Assembly: GCA_046563655.1 (NCBI GenBank)
Contig: CM102287.1
Location: forward strand, 8,370,001-8,434,000
Direction of reading: 5' to 3'
Source of the DNA: Yuukianura sp. NJ FZ-2021
Lineage: Eukaryota
DNA: 64,000 nt
The notes beneath the pieces were generated by a model. It had not been told where the DNA came from, searched no databases, and saw only the letters and a list, made by a program, of their open reading frames with translations. The position numbers were made by a program, and so were the translations under genes. Positions 13,086 through 27,377 of this stretch are shown here, piece by piece; position 1 is the first letter of the stretch, and each line of letters starts with the position of its first letter.

Positions 13086-16000
13086 ATGTGGTCTCAAGGC
13101 CACCCGTCGTCGCTTACTCTGTTAGTCACTGTCCTTGGACTGCTCGTGATGAAGCCGCAGGGCTCTTCGGCCACGGCCAATGCTCTGGACGTGGATGAAT
13201 TCCGCCGCCAAAATTCGGACTTGTCTGAGGTACTTCAAAGTTTTTTACACAGTTTTGCAGAAAAAACGGGCTTGTAATTGTAAAACAAAGCGGTTAAAAC
13301 AGTTCGCAATTTAAAAATTTAGTTTGTCTTTTTCTACAAATTGAATGATAATTAAACAGAAGCGGAGTTTGAAGTCATTAAATTTCTGCGTTTCATTGAA
13401 ATTCAAAAAAAGGGAATTACTGGTCGTGCTGTACTGAATTTCAAAAGTAATTGCTGCTGTGATTGTTTAATAGTTTCGGTTTTGTTCTCATTGCTTTTTA
13501 AATGTGTCAAAATAATTTCAAAAACGAAGTAGCAAAAAGATTTTCTTGGTTCGTGTTGGAAAAAGTTCCGCTTGATGCGCCAAACTGAAAATTAAGTGCA
13601 CTTTTCAAAGAACCGACGCCAACGGCGGCGTCTTCTCAGCTTTTTGGTTACAGAAATTACTGCCTGGGAACATAAAAAACATTGGGAAAAGAAGTAGCCA
13701 TTGTTTTAGAAATGATTCATCGGAAGTAGTCCGTATGCTACTGCAATGCGCAGTCTATGCTTCAAAGTGACAATTTTGTTCAAATTGGGCTTTTCCCTTG
13801 GCTATAAATCCGACAGCTTGGATAATTTGAAATTTCGGAATTTTTTGGAAAGTTTGACCACCAAGTGGACAGAGCGTTAATAAGAGACTTCCCAGGGAGC
13901 GAAGAATACACGAAGTCCATTTGTGGCTGAGTCATTGGGGGGTACTTAAAGGGGGACCCTTGGCGGTTAGGCTTGGTTTTAAGTTTTTGATGATGGTGGC
14001 GGAAGATGCGTGTTAAAGTGAAACGCTTCTGTCATCATCACATCAGTCACTTTGGGTCTTAAGATACCGCCGTCAGCACTTTTAACACTTCACAAAACAC
14101 TTGTTCATGAAACACAAGAAATTCAAACAAGAATCAAAGAATTGCTAACAACGTGTTTCGAATCAAAAACAAAAAAGTGTTTTTGAAAAAAAAAACGTTT
14201 TCCAAATAAGATGAAACAAGCGATTATCGAGATTTATTTCTCCTGTTTCAAAAAAGTACGAAAATGGTTTTGTAAAGGTAATTTAAAAAACTCAAGAATT
14301 TTCTGAATTTGCTTTTTCAGAAATCTGAAAAATGCTGTAGCGCTCTTAAAAAATTCAAATTGAATTCTGAACTGAAACCTTAAAAAATTCTCCCTGTTCA
14401 AAATCGGGTTTCATGTTCTTTCCGGTGGATTAAGGAAGAAAACACCACAAGTTTTTTTTCTGTTTTGAAAAAAATGAGGAATTGTTCTGTTCTAAAAAGA
14501 AGTCAATAAAACGGAGCAGGGAGCGTTTTGAAAAGTTGGGTTTTATTAATTTTCCAAAAGTCACGTCATGGCATTTCATTTTGAAAATCTTAAAATCCCA
14601 AAGTCCCCTTAACTTCCCATTGTCTTCGTCCCCTAACGTAAGTAAATGGAGATCAGTTGAAGCTTAGTGTTGAAACTTCCATTTCCTCTTACAATTTATT
14701 GTTGGCGTCTCCAGGGCGGATTTAATTTCAAAATGGGATGATTCATGAAATGGGAAGAACCACTTTTAGTAAATCCGAAACGCTACCAGAAAATGTGTTG
14801 AAAGATTTGAGTCAAAATTATTAACGAGTAACGACAAAAGGACAGGAGACAAGAAGCTTAACATTTTCACACCTCTTGCGGTTTTAAAACCAAAACAAAA
14901 TGGATTGGAATTTCAATTCAGAATTCTACAACAAAAAATCAACCAGGAAAATTTTTTGTGCCTAACATACACAGTATAATCGAAAATTTCAAAAAAAATT
15001 AAGAAAATTTAAGTTTCATGTTTCATTAATCATTACACACCAATGTTGGCCAACATTTTTGTCGCAAAGCTCTGTTTTGGCCAATTTTAGCGAATGTGTT
15101 TTAGGCTAAAATGCTGAAAAAGTCTATTGCCTTATCTTAATTTGAACAGGCAAAGGACGTAGTATTCAGTAAAATTAAAAATCTGTTCAATTTTTTTCTC
15201 AAAAATGAAATTTTTTCAATGTTGATGTTTTAAAGTTTAAATTAGATCAGTTACAGGTTAGCTAGTGTGTTAAGATTATCGGTTTTGGTTAAAACATTTC
15301 ATACTAACAACTTACTTTTCAAGTTAATTTTATTTTCAGTTTAACTTTTGAGTTTGATTTTGTCTAATTGTGTAATTTTTGAGATTTACACGTATTAGAG
15401 GTGTTATTTCACACAACTTTGTTAGGTTAAAAGGTTAAGGTCGTGACTTCCTGTTAGATAAACATAAAGTAGTTAACAATTTAGTTAATTAGACTTTAAT
15501 TAAAGTGCGCATGAGAATGGGTGTTTCCAAAGCTAATTTAATACAGAAGATGGGAGCGATTGGATTTGATTTTGTGATTTTATGGAGGGAGATTTGTATC
15601 TTATTGCACAATTATTTTAAGTTTCCCCTTCTTTCTTTAGCGTGTTCCTTTTGATTTGATGGAATGGATGAGGAGTAGGATAATGCAATAATGACAGGGT
15701 TCTTCCAATTTTCTACTGCAACAAAATTGGACACTTCTTTTTATTTTTTTAAAAACTTTTTTCAAAAAATTTGTCATCAAAATTGACAATAAGTTCCCAC
15801 CATAAGCAGTCTCCTCGGTGGTCTTGCCTGAAAAACGCACTTCAAAAATGTCAATTTTGATCTATTCTCATGAATTCTCAAAAAAATCCAAAGAAAACAA
15901 CTTTTTTGAAATATTGTGTTTTCCCCAATTTAAAAAAGAGGTTCATGCCTTATTTTAAAAAATTCAGTTGAAAATTATAGGGTGAATGACTTGGCGCTAA

Positions 16001-19000
16001 ACTCCCATTTCCCTTGCGCTTTGTCCAAGATCCACCATTTCCATGCGTAGTTAATAGTTTCTTCTCATGCTATGATCGTGTCAAGTGTCTTACTTTTTTC
16101 ATCTCCGGTCAGGACATGTCATCTTCCCAAAATTATAAAATTTTGAAACTATAAAATTACAATTTCAAATAAAAATAATAAAATGTAAATTGAAATTGAA
16201 GTTCCAGTCTGCAGTTTCCGATGACACTGACGAATAGTATACCCCAAAAATTTCATTTCCTTTGGAGAACGTCTGAAACTGTCTGTCCGTTGTAACTTGT
16301 TGTTTTTTGGGCATTGTTGGTTGGTTACGAAAGGCAGTGGAGCGCAAACAGCAAAGACCAACTTCTGCGTCCACGCCCTTGAACTTAACTCTACAAAATG
16401 ACAAGTGAAGTCTGCGCTTGAACTTTGGGAGCCTAAGTTGAACATGTTATTAAAAAGTTGAATCATTCAACTTGAATCTTGAATGTTAAAAATCGAAAGT
16501 GAAAAGTTGAAGAAAAAAGCTGAAACTTGGAAGTTGAAACTGAGCATCATTAAAACTGGAACACTTTGTGCAATTCAATATCAAACGAAGCTGGTGATTC
16601 GAAAAAATCAAAATTTGATCTGCTTGTTCTATGTCCTTTGGTTGCAAACGAGCAGAAAATTGAAATATGTTTACTTTACTACGAAAATTTAAAACAGAAC
16701 TGAATTCTAAAGTAGATTTTTCAAAAAGAGTGACATGACAGTTGTGGTTTAACTTGGACGGAACCGGTTTAAGTAAAGTAGTTTTTACCATTAATGTTTA
16801 AACTTGTAACTTGTAATTGCTTTTGTTACTAATCACGTTCTTGTTTGAAATGGGCAATAACTGTCACTCAAATCTCGTTTAAAACATAAACAGTTAGTAA
16901 GAAGGTCAAAGGTCATGAGTCACCGACACTAACAGATCGTTTGTTCGACAAATTTTTTGTCGAAAATGTGTCACCATCAAACCGTCAAAATTTCTTTTTG
17001 AAGATTTTCAGATACAAAATTTGTTGTTAGGTTAAACGTATCCATTCGCATTTTTTCGAAACAGCTCGATTTCTCTCCAATTTTTGAATCTTGAGCTCAA
17101 AATTTCACATTTTTTTTCTTGAGAAATTTTATTTTTAAGACTCAAATTATGGTTTGGTTTTGCTTCTTGAATGCAGTTTTGTCGTTACGTTATCAAATTT
17201 ACACAAGAACAGACGCTTTGGGTTTCAATTTTTAGAAAGCGAGTTGAAGGGCTCTCCATTTTGTTCAAATTCGTTTTGACTTAAAGCCTGTATGGAGTTC
17301 ATAACAGTGTGACGAATGAAGCTGAGAGGTTCTATTTTTTTGCTTTGACTCCTTGAGTATCCCTAAGCGACTGTGACGAAGTGACTAACCTTAACCTAAC
17401 GTAACCTAATCTAACCTTAAAGGAAGAGGCAGTGAAAGGGATTGGAATAATTGAAAAGGCTTTGGACAAGAGGGAACTTTTGATTTGAAATGAAGATGAA
17501 TCGGTCCATTACTACAATTGAGCAAGGGATGCTCCTGCTTGTGCAGATGCTGAATTTTTATCCTTTGAATCCCATTGTTGAAAAGAGCGGTCTTTTCTCA
17601 AATTGTTTCTGCTTCTATAAACATATTCAGTCATAAATTTTACTTTTGAGTTGCAAGAAAAGTGGAAGTAAAAAAATATGGAAGTAAAAAAGACGAATAT
17701 TTTTAGAAGTTCGCCAAGGTGTATGAAACTATCTGCTCTAAAAGAATCCAAGGCTGATCTTCGTCTTCCAAATCCCAAGAGAGATGTTACTTCAAGATTC
17801 TTTCATTTTTGAAAAGTGCCGGCGAAAATGAAGGCCAAAACTATTTTTAGTCTTTGCAACCCACTTTTTTGAAATGACGTTTGACATTTGATGCCAAAAA
17901 GTGCGTGTCTCCTATTTTTAAAACAAGCTGACTCTAGATGTTTAGTGCTCAAAATTTTGAAAGAATTCGATACGATCCGAGAATTTACTCATTTTCAAAA
18001 TCTCAAAATAAAAAGCCTTGGAGAGTTTTTGTCTTTTGAATTTCAAAATATTTTACTCAAGTACTTTTGGAAGCTTCCTCACAATGGCCGACCTAACTGA
18101 GAATTCAAATTTTGAGTAAAAAATTCCAAATGAAAAAGCTGTAAGGCGTTAAACTATGTTAGCCAGAGTGCTTTGCAAATATTCGTAAATCGTAAAATTC
18201 GTAAATTTACGGCATTCGTAAACTATAAATGATTATAAACACAGTAGTCTTTTGAGTTTACAATGTTTGCTGATAGACTTGTAAAAGTTTTAGTACCGAA
18301 ATTTGCAAAGTGTTTATTGCCAAAAAAACGGAAGTTGGCCGTTGGGAAATGACTTCCTGATGACGATCTTCATTCACTCCGAAGCTCATTTTGAACAAAA
18401 AAAAATGCTCAAAAAAAGATTTTTGTGTATCTTTTTTTGTGTTAAAAAGTAACACAACGGAAGGAGAAAGAATTAGTCTGAAGAGTTTAGTTCATGTGTA
18501 TCCTTACACAATGGAAAATTCGTCGAGGGCAGGGCAGATGTGTGTTTCCACAAGAAAAAAAATTTAACAATGAAACTCCCAAAAATCTTTTTAACAGAAT
18601 CTAAAAGTTAAAAAAATGCTCATTTTATAAAGCTTCATCAACTACTACAAAAGATCAAAGGGAAAGCGCAGGCAAAGCTTGTTCATTAAGACCAAAATCT
18701 TCCTCTTCATCTTCATTCAACATTTTTTCAAAATGAACAATCCGGACTTACTACATTCCGCTTTTGTCCAAATCTTAAAAATGAATCAAGCTCCAGCTTA
18801 ACCATTCTCCTTTTTTACATTCCCGCTTTTTCGAAATTTTGTAAAATTGACATCTTTGAACTAAAATCCCTCCTCGTTAGATGAAAGTTGACGGGTTTAA
18901 GATGATAAATGAAGACAAAATTTTCTTGAAAGACAATTTTTTTTTGAAAAGTGAAGCAAGTCTCCTCTGGTTTGTAACTTTTCATGTTTTCTTGCCTAAT

Positions 19001-22000
19001 GTTTTGGCACAAAGTCCGTGCTCTAGTTTTCCGTTTTTCGGGTTTTCCCAAAAGTTCTTAGCTTCGGAATCGGTTTTTTCCTCGGAGTTTTCTCCGAAGT
19101 GAGGCCGAAGGTTGCTTGAGTCAGCAGCAGAATGGAAAGTTCTCAAAAGGGCAAGGAGCACGACGAGAAGGCGAGACAACTTATTGATTTTCCCGCGTCG
19201 AGTCTCCAACTTTCTCCCCCACTTTCCCCATCGTAAAATAAGAACCTAACCTATTATCATCTACCTAACCTTGCTCTCTTACGCTAAGCTAACCTAACTC
19301 CAGCGTCTCTCCTGGAAGTTCCTGGAAGTCCCTTGGAATTGGATATAACCTAGTATGTTGAAGTCTATTTCTAGAAAATGGATTCGACCAAAGTAACTTT
19401 CAAAAAAAGGTTATTCAAACCACCCTAACTTCCAAAAAGCCAAAAGCCAAACAGACTTGGGCTGTTTTTGTGACATTTAGGCCATGCCTAAATTACTTTG
19501 TCAATTGAATCAACTGTCTTCAACTTACTTGGGTTCAACTGGCTAAGATTTATGTTTCGATGAAGCTGAAACTAGAACAGTGACCAGCCAGTCCATTTGG
19601 ATCCAGAAGACGCATGATTTCTGGACGAGATATACTGACTTAACTGATACAAGATCAGACATTACAAGACACACTTAAGTTACCCATGCAGTAATTTCCT
19701 GCAAGTTTTACTGCAAACGAACATGAAGTAATACACGTTGCATGACAGTTGTCCATCAGAAAGACTGGTAGCAGATGTAAAATTTCCAGAAACCAGAACA
19801 GCATTTTGGATTTCAATTAAGACTGAGCATTTTTTGTAAATTGGTTGAATTAAGGCACCTTCAACTCCATTTTCGGTTGAAGTTTAGCCTATTAAGCGTT
19901 TTTGTAACCATGGAGGTTGAAGCTTCTGGACGCTTCTGCGCAGTCCGTTCATTTCTGAAACGTCAATGCACTTGAGTGACTCTGTTGTGCATGGACCGGT
20001 GTCACGAGTGCAGGCTTCGATGACTTTACGAGGAGCGGATATGTCACTTTTTGTTGCAATAAATAATGAAATGAAATGCACAGGACAACAATGTGACTTT
20101 CCTTTTTTTGAACAATGAAATGAACATTTCCAGTTCTGTTTATGTTCGGAAGTGACAGATGAACTCTACACAATATCCTATGGACATTGACTTTTCAGTT
20201 GCATTGTGCCGCTAGACTTTGTGTTGCGTTGTCCCTCCAAGTCATCTTCTTTGTTTCCCCTCGGGGGTGACGAAGTTTTGTCAGCACGTGACTCATCCCG
20301 GTTGACGTAACGTGACACCCCACATCTCTTCCGGGTCAAATCCCCTTCCAAAATGCTACTCAAAACCACACAAGATCTCATGTCACTTTTCATCAAAAAT
20401 CGCTTTTTATCCCATTTAGAATTAAAACCTAACCTAACAATTACTCGATTTTCAAAATTTCGGCCAATTTCAATTCTAAAATTACGACCGTTTTAGTATA
20501 AGTTTTTAAAGCCTGCCTAACCTGCATGTTCACTCTAGTTGCGGTGATGTCCGTGGCCAGCATAAGTTGACAATTCCCAGGATTGCATGTCATGTCCATT
20601 TTCAATTCACTTTAAGGGCTCCCCTTCCCTTTCCCACTATGGAAAGTTATAATGTGTGGGGGAGGAAAAATTAAAAAAAGTGCAATAAAAAAAACCAACC
20701 CCCTAAAATTGTAAAATTGGTATTCATTGTTGTTTCGTGTTTCAAATTAAAGTGCATACTGGAAACAAGAACAATTAAAGTGTGAAACTTGGCTCCAGGC
20801 ACAGGAGGTCACACCGTCATGAGTTGCTTGCAATCCCCATACAGGGTTAGTCATAGTCATGACACGTTAGGCCCTAAAGTAAACAACTACTAAACAATTC
20901 CGTTTGTCCGATTTTAGTTGAGCTGCACAGTAGAAAAAAAAGTTGTTGAATCTGTCCAAACACAGAATCATCCCCCTCAGATACAAGAAGGAGGGTGAGT
21001 AACAACAATGGAGTTCGGAAATGGATTTTTAGGTGATTTCGAATGTTGTTGGGGGATTTAGAGACCTAACCTTAACCTTTAGCCTAACATGTTACTACGC
21101 ATGGTTAGGTTAGCCTAACTCGTAATGTTAAGCCAACACTAGTCTCTGAAGTGCTGAATGTGCCTGAAATGTTTTAAAAGATTTAGGGGAAGCCGGAGCT
21201 GTATGGATTCAAGTTTATTTTGAAACGTGACCTTTGAAATTATTGATGTGAAAAGTGACATCGATCTTTCCATTATTTTCGTTTTTTGAAAAACAAAATC
21301 CTCCTTTCCGGATCCTTCATAACCTATACAGTGTTAGACAAGTTGAAAAAAGAGACGCTCTCAGTAGTAATTTCCGTGTTTCACTTTTTCCCTGCTTCCT
21401 TGTGTCGAAAAAATCCATTGGATATCCGTTGCGGTTGAAGTTTTGTTGAAGTGGAGTTGACAGTCGTAGTGTATCCAAAACCAACCCTTCGTTTAACTAA
21501 ATCCATAGCACACACAAAAAGAAAAAAAAGACTCAGAACAAAAAAGCTTTTAAACCCGAAAAAAATTCGGGACTGAATGGTTTATTGTGGATATTAAATA
21601 TCAGAGTGCAGTAAAAAAGTAAGGCGGGTGAAATGGAGAGGGTCACGAATGGAGCGGTAGATTCTGAATTATGTAACGTTTGGAGAGGGTATTAAAAATG
21701 TATAATTTGCAATAACGGTGTCTTTGGCTATGGTTGCAGTAAGGACAAACTGACGCTGAACGTGTAAGCATGAGCAAAAAAAAAACGGTTGAAGTAAGGC
21801 AGTGCATTTTTTTGTAATATAACCTTGGTTGTCACATGTTTCACGAAAAGATGATCTGGTTACATTGGTGACATTTTTTCCGAATTCAATGTTGCAATTA
21901 TGTTTTTTTTTGAACAAAAAATCGTTTTTTGGAAAATGTTTCAACGTTTTGAAGAACTTATTGTGCGTGACTGCGACATTGAAAGTAGCATTTGGAGTCA

Positions 22001-25000
22001 AGGGGACTATAAGTTGATTAGACACAAAAATTATCGGGAAAAAAACCGAAACGCTACTCCTGGGGGAAATTAACCGAATTTCGCGTGACCTAGAAAGGCA
22101 AACTTTCTAAATACGATGCTGACACACCTTGTTTAGGTTTTTGAAAAAACCAAAAAAACAAAAAAATTGGAAAAATTTTTTTTTCTTTCAGTTCATGTCA
22201 CTGGTAGAATCCAGTCCGAGGTTTCGATCCGTCCTGGAATGGAAACAAGGAACAATTTTCGCTCCAACGAACTCTGCTCTGGATGAGTATCGGAGAACGA
22301 ATCCCTATGACCTTAACAATTTCACTCTCATGTATCATTACAGTAAGAAAGAATTTTCAAAATTCCATAAATTTTAAAAGATTTTGAAAAAAGAGTAAAC
22401 TTTGTGTTTTTTTTCCAGCAAATATACTAAAACCACGGGTGGAGCTAGAAGAAACTTCTTTGTCAACGGAACTACCAGGAAACTTAGCCGTTTGGATTAC
22501 AAAAAGTGACGCAGAGTACTTTGTCAACGGTGCAAAAATTCTGCAGTTCGACAAAAAAGTTCGCCTCGGGGCAAATGGATTGCAACAAATTGTTCATACG
22601 ATTAACAAAGTTCTGGAACCTACACTTCCGATTGCTGATGTTCTCAGTTCACCCTACAACAATCCTGATGCCAAGAAATATTTGGAATTTTCACAAGAAT
22701 ATGGAATTTCAAGGCCCTACAATACTTCGTAAGCGAAAGCCCGCCAAAAAATGCCGTCGTTTTGGAGTTTAAATTTAAAATGGCACTTTTCGTTTTTCTA
22801 GAATTTTTGCTAGACATGTTCAAAAATTGAATAGAATGGATTTCTTTGGAGATGCTGGAAAACACACGTTCTTTCTTCCAGTCAGCGAAGCATTTGCGGT
22901 AAGAAATTCCAAAATTGTTTATGAAAAAAAAATCGAGAATTGATTGCTAGTGTGATTTTTTGTGATTCTTTTGTGATTTGTGAATTGTGATTCACTTTTT
23001 TGTGATTTTTAGACTACCAGGGTTGAGAGCGTGGACAACAAGGCTATTGATGGTCACATGGTTGTGGGCAAAGCAATTTTCTTGGGCGCGAATTCCCAAA
23101 ATTCAAAACAGTTTTCGACGTTTGAAACTTCAGCAGCCGCTGGATACTTCCCAGTTGAAGTCACAATTGATTACTCAAAGTCAACAAATAGCTGTAAGCT
23201 TTAGTAAAAACAATTCAACAAAATTTTGGGTTGAAGTTGGTAGAGGCAGTCGGAAAACGCTTTGTACCCACCGTTTATAAGCCTTTACCTAACAACTTGT
23301 CACATCAATGTAAACTTTTAACCGTGGTAACAACTGGGTTGTTCTTGGTTTACGTCAATTTTAATTTTTCGTGTTTAAATCTTTCAGGGTCTGTAACGAG
23401 TGAAAATTTAATTGAGGATTTGAAATCCAAACATCGAAAAGGGAAAGTTCGTGCAGAAATTTTGAAGGCAAACATTCCAGTAAAGGTAAATTGAACCAAT
23501 TTTAACGTCTGGTTTAGCTTAGTCGAAATGCTAAGTGTTGTAAGATTGAGTGACCTTGACCTTTGACCTTTGAATTTGTATTTTCTGCATACAGAACGGT
23601 GTGGTTCATTTGATTAGTCGCCCCCTTGTGGTCATCGATTTGGACGTCTACAAGTTGATGCAGGTAAAGAATCACTTTTTAACTGTGTAACTTAAGCCTC
23701 ACATCTCACTGTTTATCGAATTGGACGTTTTCGAAATTTCGAAAAGAGGAAATTTCGAAATTTGGCATTGGCTGTAACGAGTGCTAATGCTGCATAAAAA
23801 ATGAAGGTCAAGCGCAGGCGCTAAAATTCGTTTTGAAAAAGTCTTGAAACTTTGTTTCTGTTGCATGTAGGGGGTGACCTTTTCAGGAGGGGAAAAGGTA
23901 GGCCTTATTTTCTGAAAAAAACATAAGGTCATGCTAACTTTGTACTAAAAAAATTGAAAAAGAATTCAAAATTTGATTCGAATTTAAAAGAAAATTGTGA
24001 AAGTTAACCCGCACGACCCTTCGCATGCGTTTTTCTTCCTTAGAAAGCTTTCACTCCAGGACTTCCGTAGGGGTTGACCTTTTGACCTTTAGAGCCCTCT
24101 GAACTTCACTAAAAACGAGTTTAGTATCGCTTGTGAATGGAATGAGGTTTTTATGCAGAAATTTATGAGGTCAAATGTCACAAAATTTTCATAAAATTTT
24201 GGTTTCAGGGCGATGGAGAGCACGGGCCGTTGCAGAAATTTTTTGCACTGGTTGACAGATTTCCGAGCGTTAAGCAAATTCTTATGGACACTCGAAAGGA
24301 CCATCGTGTCACCGTTTTTGCTCCCTCGTCTTCGGTATAACCTAACTTAAAGGTTCTTTGACAACCGAATCGTATTTCCTACAACAGGTTGTCCAATAAC
24401 TCAGGGTTTTAAAAAATCGTGCTTCAAACTTTCTGTACTAATTATTTACTGTATTATTCTATTTACCTTGTACCAATTCTACACCACAGCTTTTAGGTTT
24501 ATGCCTATAATTTTTTTCCCAACTATTTGACTTATTACAAAAATGACTATTTGACTGAAAAAAAGGCAAAATTGTCATAAAAACGGAGGTCAAGAAGAAC
24601 CGATTACATTTTGAAAAATTTTACACAAAGTTGAAAAAAGAAACGAGTTATTGGACAACCTATTGTAGAAAAAATATTTTTTTTTGTTTACGAACTTTGC
24701 TGTACAGGGTCATTGATTTAACGTTTTAGGTGCTGGAGGCGTCCAACAACTTTAAAGATCTACTGGAGACATCCAAGAAAAGTGGGACTGAGGGTGCAGA
24801 GGCATTGAAACAACTTGAAAAAATCGTAAAGCTCCACATTGTCAAACGTGACATAACCTCAGAAGATATCCTCAACGGTAGCAAAAATCTGGTAAGCTTT
24901 TTTAAAAATTGAAAAAAAGTTTAAACTCAGTTCAAAAAATTATGGACCGATCTTTGATGTTTTCTGTCTGATTGTGCAGACTCATCCGTTTAGTGTGCGA

Positions 25001-26153
25001 CCGTTGGATGAAAATAAACAACTGTCCTTTAGTGTTACCACTTCAAATACTGATGGTCGTGAGAAGTTGATTGTTATGGATGGAGGTGGGACGAGTGCCA
25101 CCATCAAGCAAGCCGACATTGGAGCCACCAACGGAGTCATTCACATCGTCAATCACGTTTTGGGACTTGGTGACAACACCATCTATGATCGTCTCCGAAG
25201 TGATCCGTTACTCAAGTAAACTAATCATAAACTTAACCTAAAATTTTGTAGAACTCGCTTAACCTTAATTTAAGTCCGTAAAATTTTGTCGACCAACCTT
25301 GCCCCAGCTTTCTCAAGCTTGTGTTGACCAAAATTTTACTTAACAGAATCTTTTGTTGACCAACTGAAAATGTAATGCTGACCCAAAAAACTTTTCAGGT
25401 TGACCTACAATCTCACTCTGCAGGAAAAATTCTACGAAGAATTTAAGAAAAAGGAAAAGAAGTACACGTTTTTTGCTCCGTATGACCCGGCCTGGGAAGG
25501 TTTACGGTACGCGTACCACTCGAAACATCGGATTCTGTTTGAAGGGCTCCACGGACGACATGCCAAGAATATCATGATGCGCCATTTGCTCGTAGGGCAA
25601 GACAAGTCGCTGGAAGACCTCTACGCACAGTCAGTCACTGGAAACAAAACGGTTGAAGTAAGGCCAATTTCTACGTTCAGCGATCAAATCCGAGTTGTGA
25701 AAGTGGATGACCCTAACTTCAAGACATACCTCCAGAAATATGGTATGACCTTTGACCTTTACGGTTGTCACTGTTTAAACACTTAAAATTTCCGATATTC
25801 TTAGGAACGGCGCATCCGCGGCTAAACACTACTCGATATCATGGCGAGTATCAATACGTCATTTTCTGGAGGAATCATGAAGTTCGTGTGGTCCAAGGAG
25901 ACATCAAGTGTACCAACGGTAAGCACTGCGCCTGCGCACTGCTCCTTTCGTAACATAACTAAACGTAACATTATGTTAAGTTTGTGTTAAACATATTTGA
26001 ACTCCTTTTTTTGCACTTTCAGGGTATCTTCACATCATCGACACAGCTATGATGACCAATGACGATGTCGTTGTCAATTCCGCTCGCGACATTCTGAACT
26101 CACCAGCATTTAACTTCCTTCTGATGATCCTGTTCTCACTACTGCTTCGTTGA
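13086..26153 (+). CDS. Fas1: Fasciclin-1-like cell adhesion protein, paralog C (long first intron; possibly the ancestral Fas1 ortholog)
   Basis: Exon 1 13086-13229 (MWSQGHPSSLTLLVTVLGLLVM...QNSDLSE|gt) splices in phase over ~8.96 kb to 22192 (FMSLVESSPRF..GTIFAPTNSAL). Later exons carry IVHTINKVL, HTFFLPVSEAF, HRKGKVRAEILKANIPVK|NGVVHLISRPLVVID, VTVFAPSSS, ADIGATNGVIHIVNHVL, YTFFAPYDPAW, TNGILHIIDTAM. Ends ...FNFLLMILFSLLLR-TGA. Confidence 0.9.
17386..17418. repeat. Degenerate (AACCT)n / TTAGG-like simple repeat
   Basis: ctaaccttaacctaacgtaacctaatctaacct. Similar runs occur near 4458-4508, 19245-19300, 21064-21120 and 34406-34481. Confidence 0.5.
23871..23897 (+). other. Candidate 27-nt alternative microexon of Fas1-C (GVTFSGGEK)
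   Basis: Preceded by the pyrimidine-rich acceptor ctttgtttctgttgcatgtag and followed by the donor AAG|gtaggc. It is 27 nt, phase 0-0 and stop-free, inside the phase-0 intron 23664-24208. Confidence 0.4.
24379..24668. mobile_element. ~290-bp MITE-like element with 24-bp terminal inverted repeats, in a Fas1-C intron
   Basis: Left ctacaacaggttgtccaataactc (24379-24402) versus the reverse complement of right gagttattggacaacctattgtag (24645-24668): 23 of 24 identical. The interior is AT-rich and non-coding. Confidence 0.7.
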
Positions 26154-27377
26154 AAATAATTTAGTAAACCCTAAAAAATTCTAAGAAAAATATTACTAAA
26201 ATGCTGGAAATATTCTCCAGAAATACTGGAAGTATTCTCCAGCACATAGTATGTTCCCATCAGCATCATCCCGTAACCAAAATCTATTTGAAATGAACTT
26301 TCCAGCAAATGCTGCCATAGCATGTGACCCCTAGCCTCCGTCAGTTGACCTTTGACACATACAACCCGTGTGCCTACTATACAAATACTTGCATTGTAGT
26401 CCGATCATTTAACTTTTAACGGTTATTCACAAATTAAGGCTTAGTTAATTTTAACGTTACTAAATAAAAGAAGTCAATTTAGAAAAAACTAGAAGAAAAG
26501 TTTAAGAGTAAAATTTAAAAAGTTTAAAACTTGAGTAAAAACTGAACATTGATATTGAGGTCACGTCGGTTGACCTGAGGTCAGCTAAAGCTTTAGTCAA
26601 GTAAAACAGTATGTTAGTTAGTAAAAGCCGATGTGGATTTGAGTTTAATTAAAGTGTAATGTAAAGTTTAAATAATTCAAAATTTACAGGTTATGCTTAA
26701 AACTTAAAAATTACGAATCTCAATTTGTTGTTTCTTCTGTTACCAAGAACTAAAATAACATTAACATTTGAGCCTAAAAATGTAGTTTTAGGTTTTAAAT
26801 TATTGAAATAAAAATTATTGCTTTATAAAACTCTAGCTAGGAACAACGTCCAAGAATTATTAGCCTAACGTTTTTAGACAGTCACAGTTTCGACATTAGT
26901 AGTAAAGAAAAGAATATTGCGGAAAGCATTGGGGGAAGTAAAGATATTCTCTCTTTGTAAATACTTTCAGCTAAATCACATAAAGCTAAAATCTTAAAAC
27001 AAATTTTCGAACAACAGCAATTTTAGGGTCGGGGATTTGTATTTTTAGAAAACATGCAATATAGCTATTTTCTGAGGAGTTTCAAGCACAGAATGTATAG
27101 TCGAAGGATAGCTAAATATATGAGGTATCCCAATCCAATTTTTCAAAAAATTTCCCCAGTTTCTAAAAATGGAAGCAAAATCTAAAGAGAGCGTCGGTTT
27201 TGGGGTAAAATTTAACGTCTTTTAGAGGCAAGCATTTTTCTGGCACAATTGTGTGAAAGGATACCGTGAATTGGAATTGTGGACAGAAAGAGAAGATCGG
27301 TGGTTTGAAGTAGTCCAAACACTTAAGTTAGCCAAAAACCATACAATTCTCTTAATTAGTTAAATATTAGTAGTAAA

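Noticed and set aside
22950..23010. Short tandem TGTGATT-like repeats (also TTCGTAAA repeats at ~18180-18225)
   Set aside because: Ordinary intronic simple repeats. No constant repeat with unique spacers, so not CRISPR-like.
25927..25938. NRF1/Ewg-like tgcgcctgcgca in the last Fas1-C intron
   Set aside because: Single short motif far from any evident promoter.
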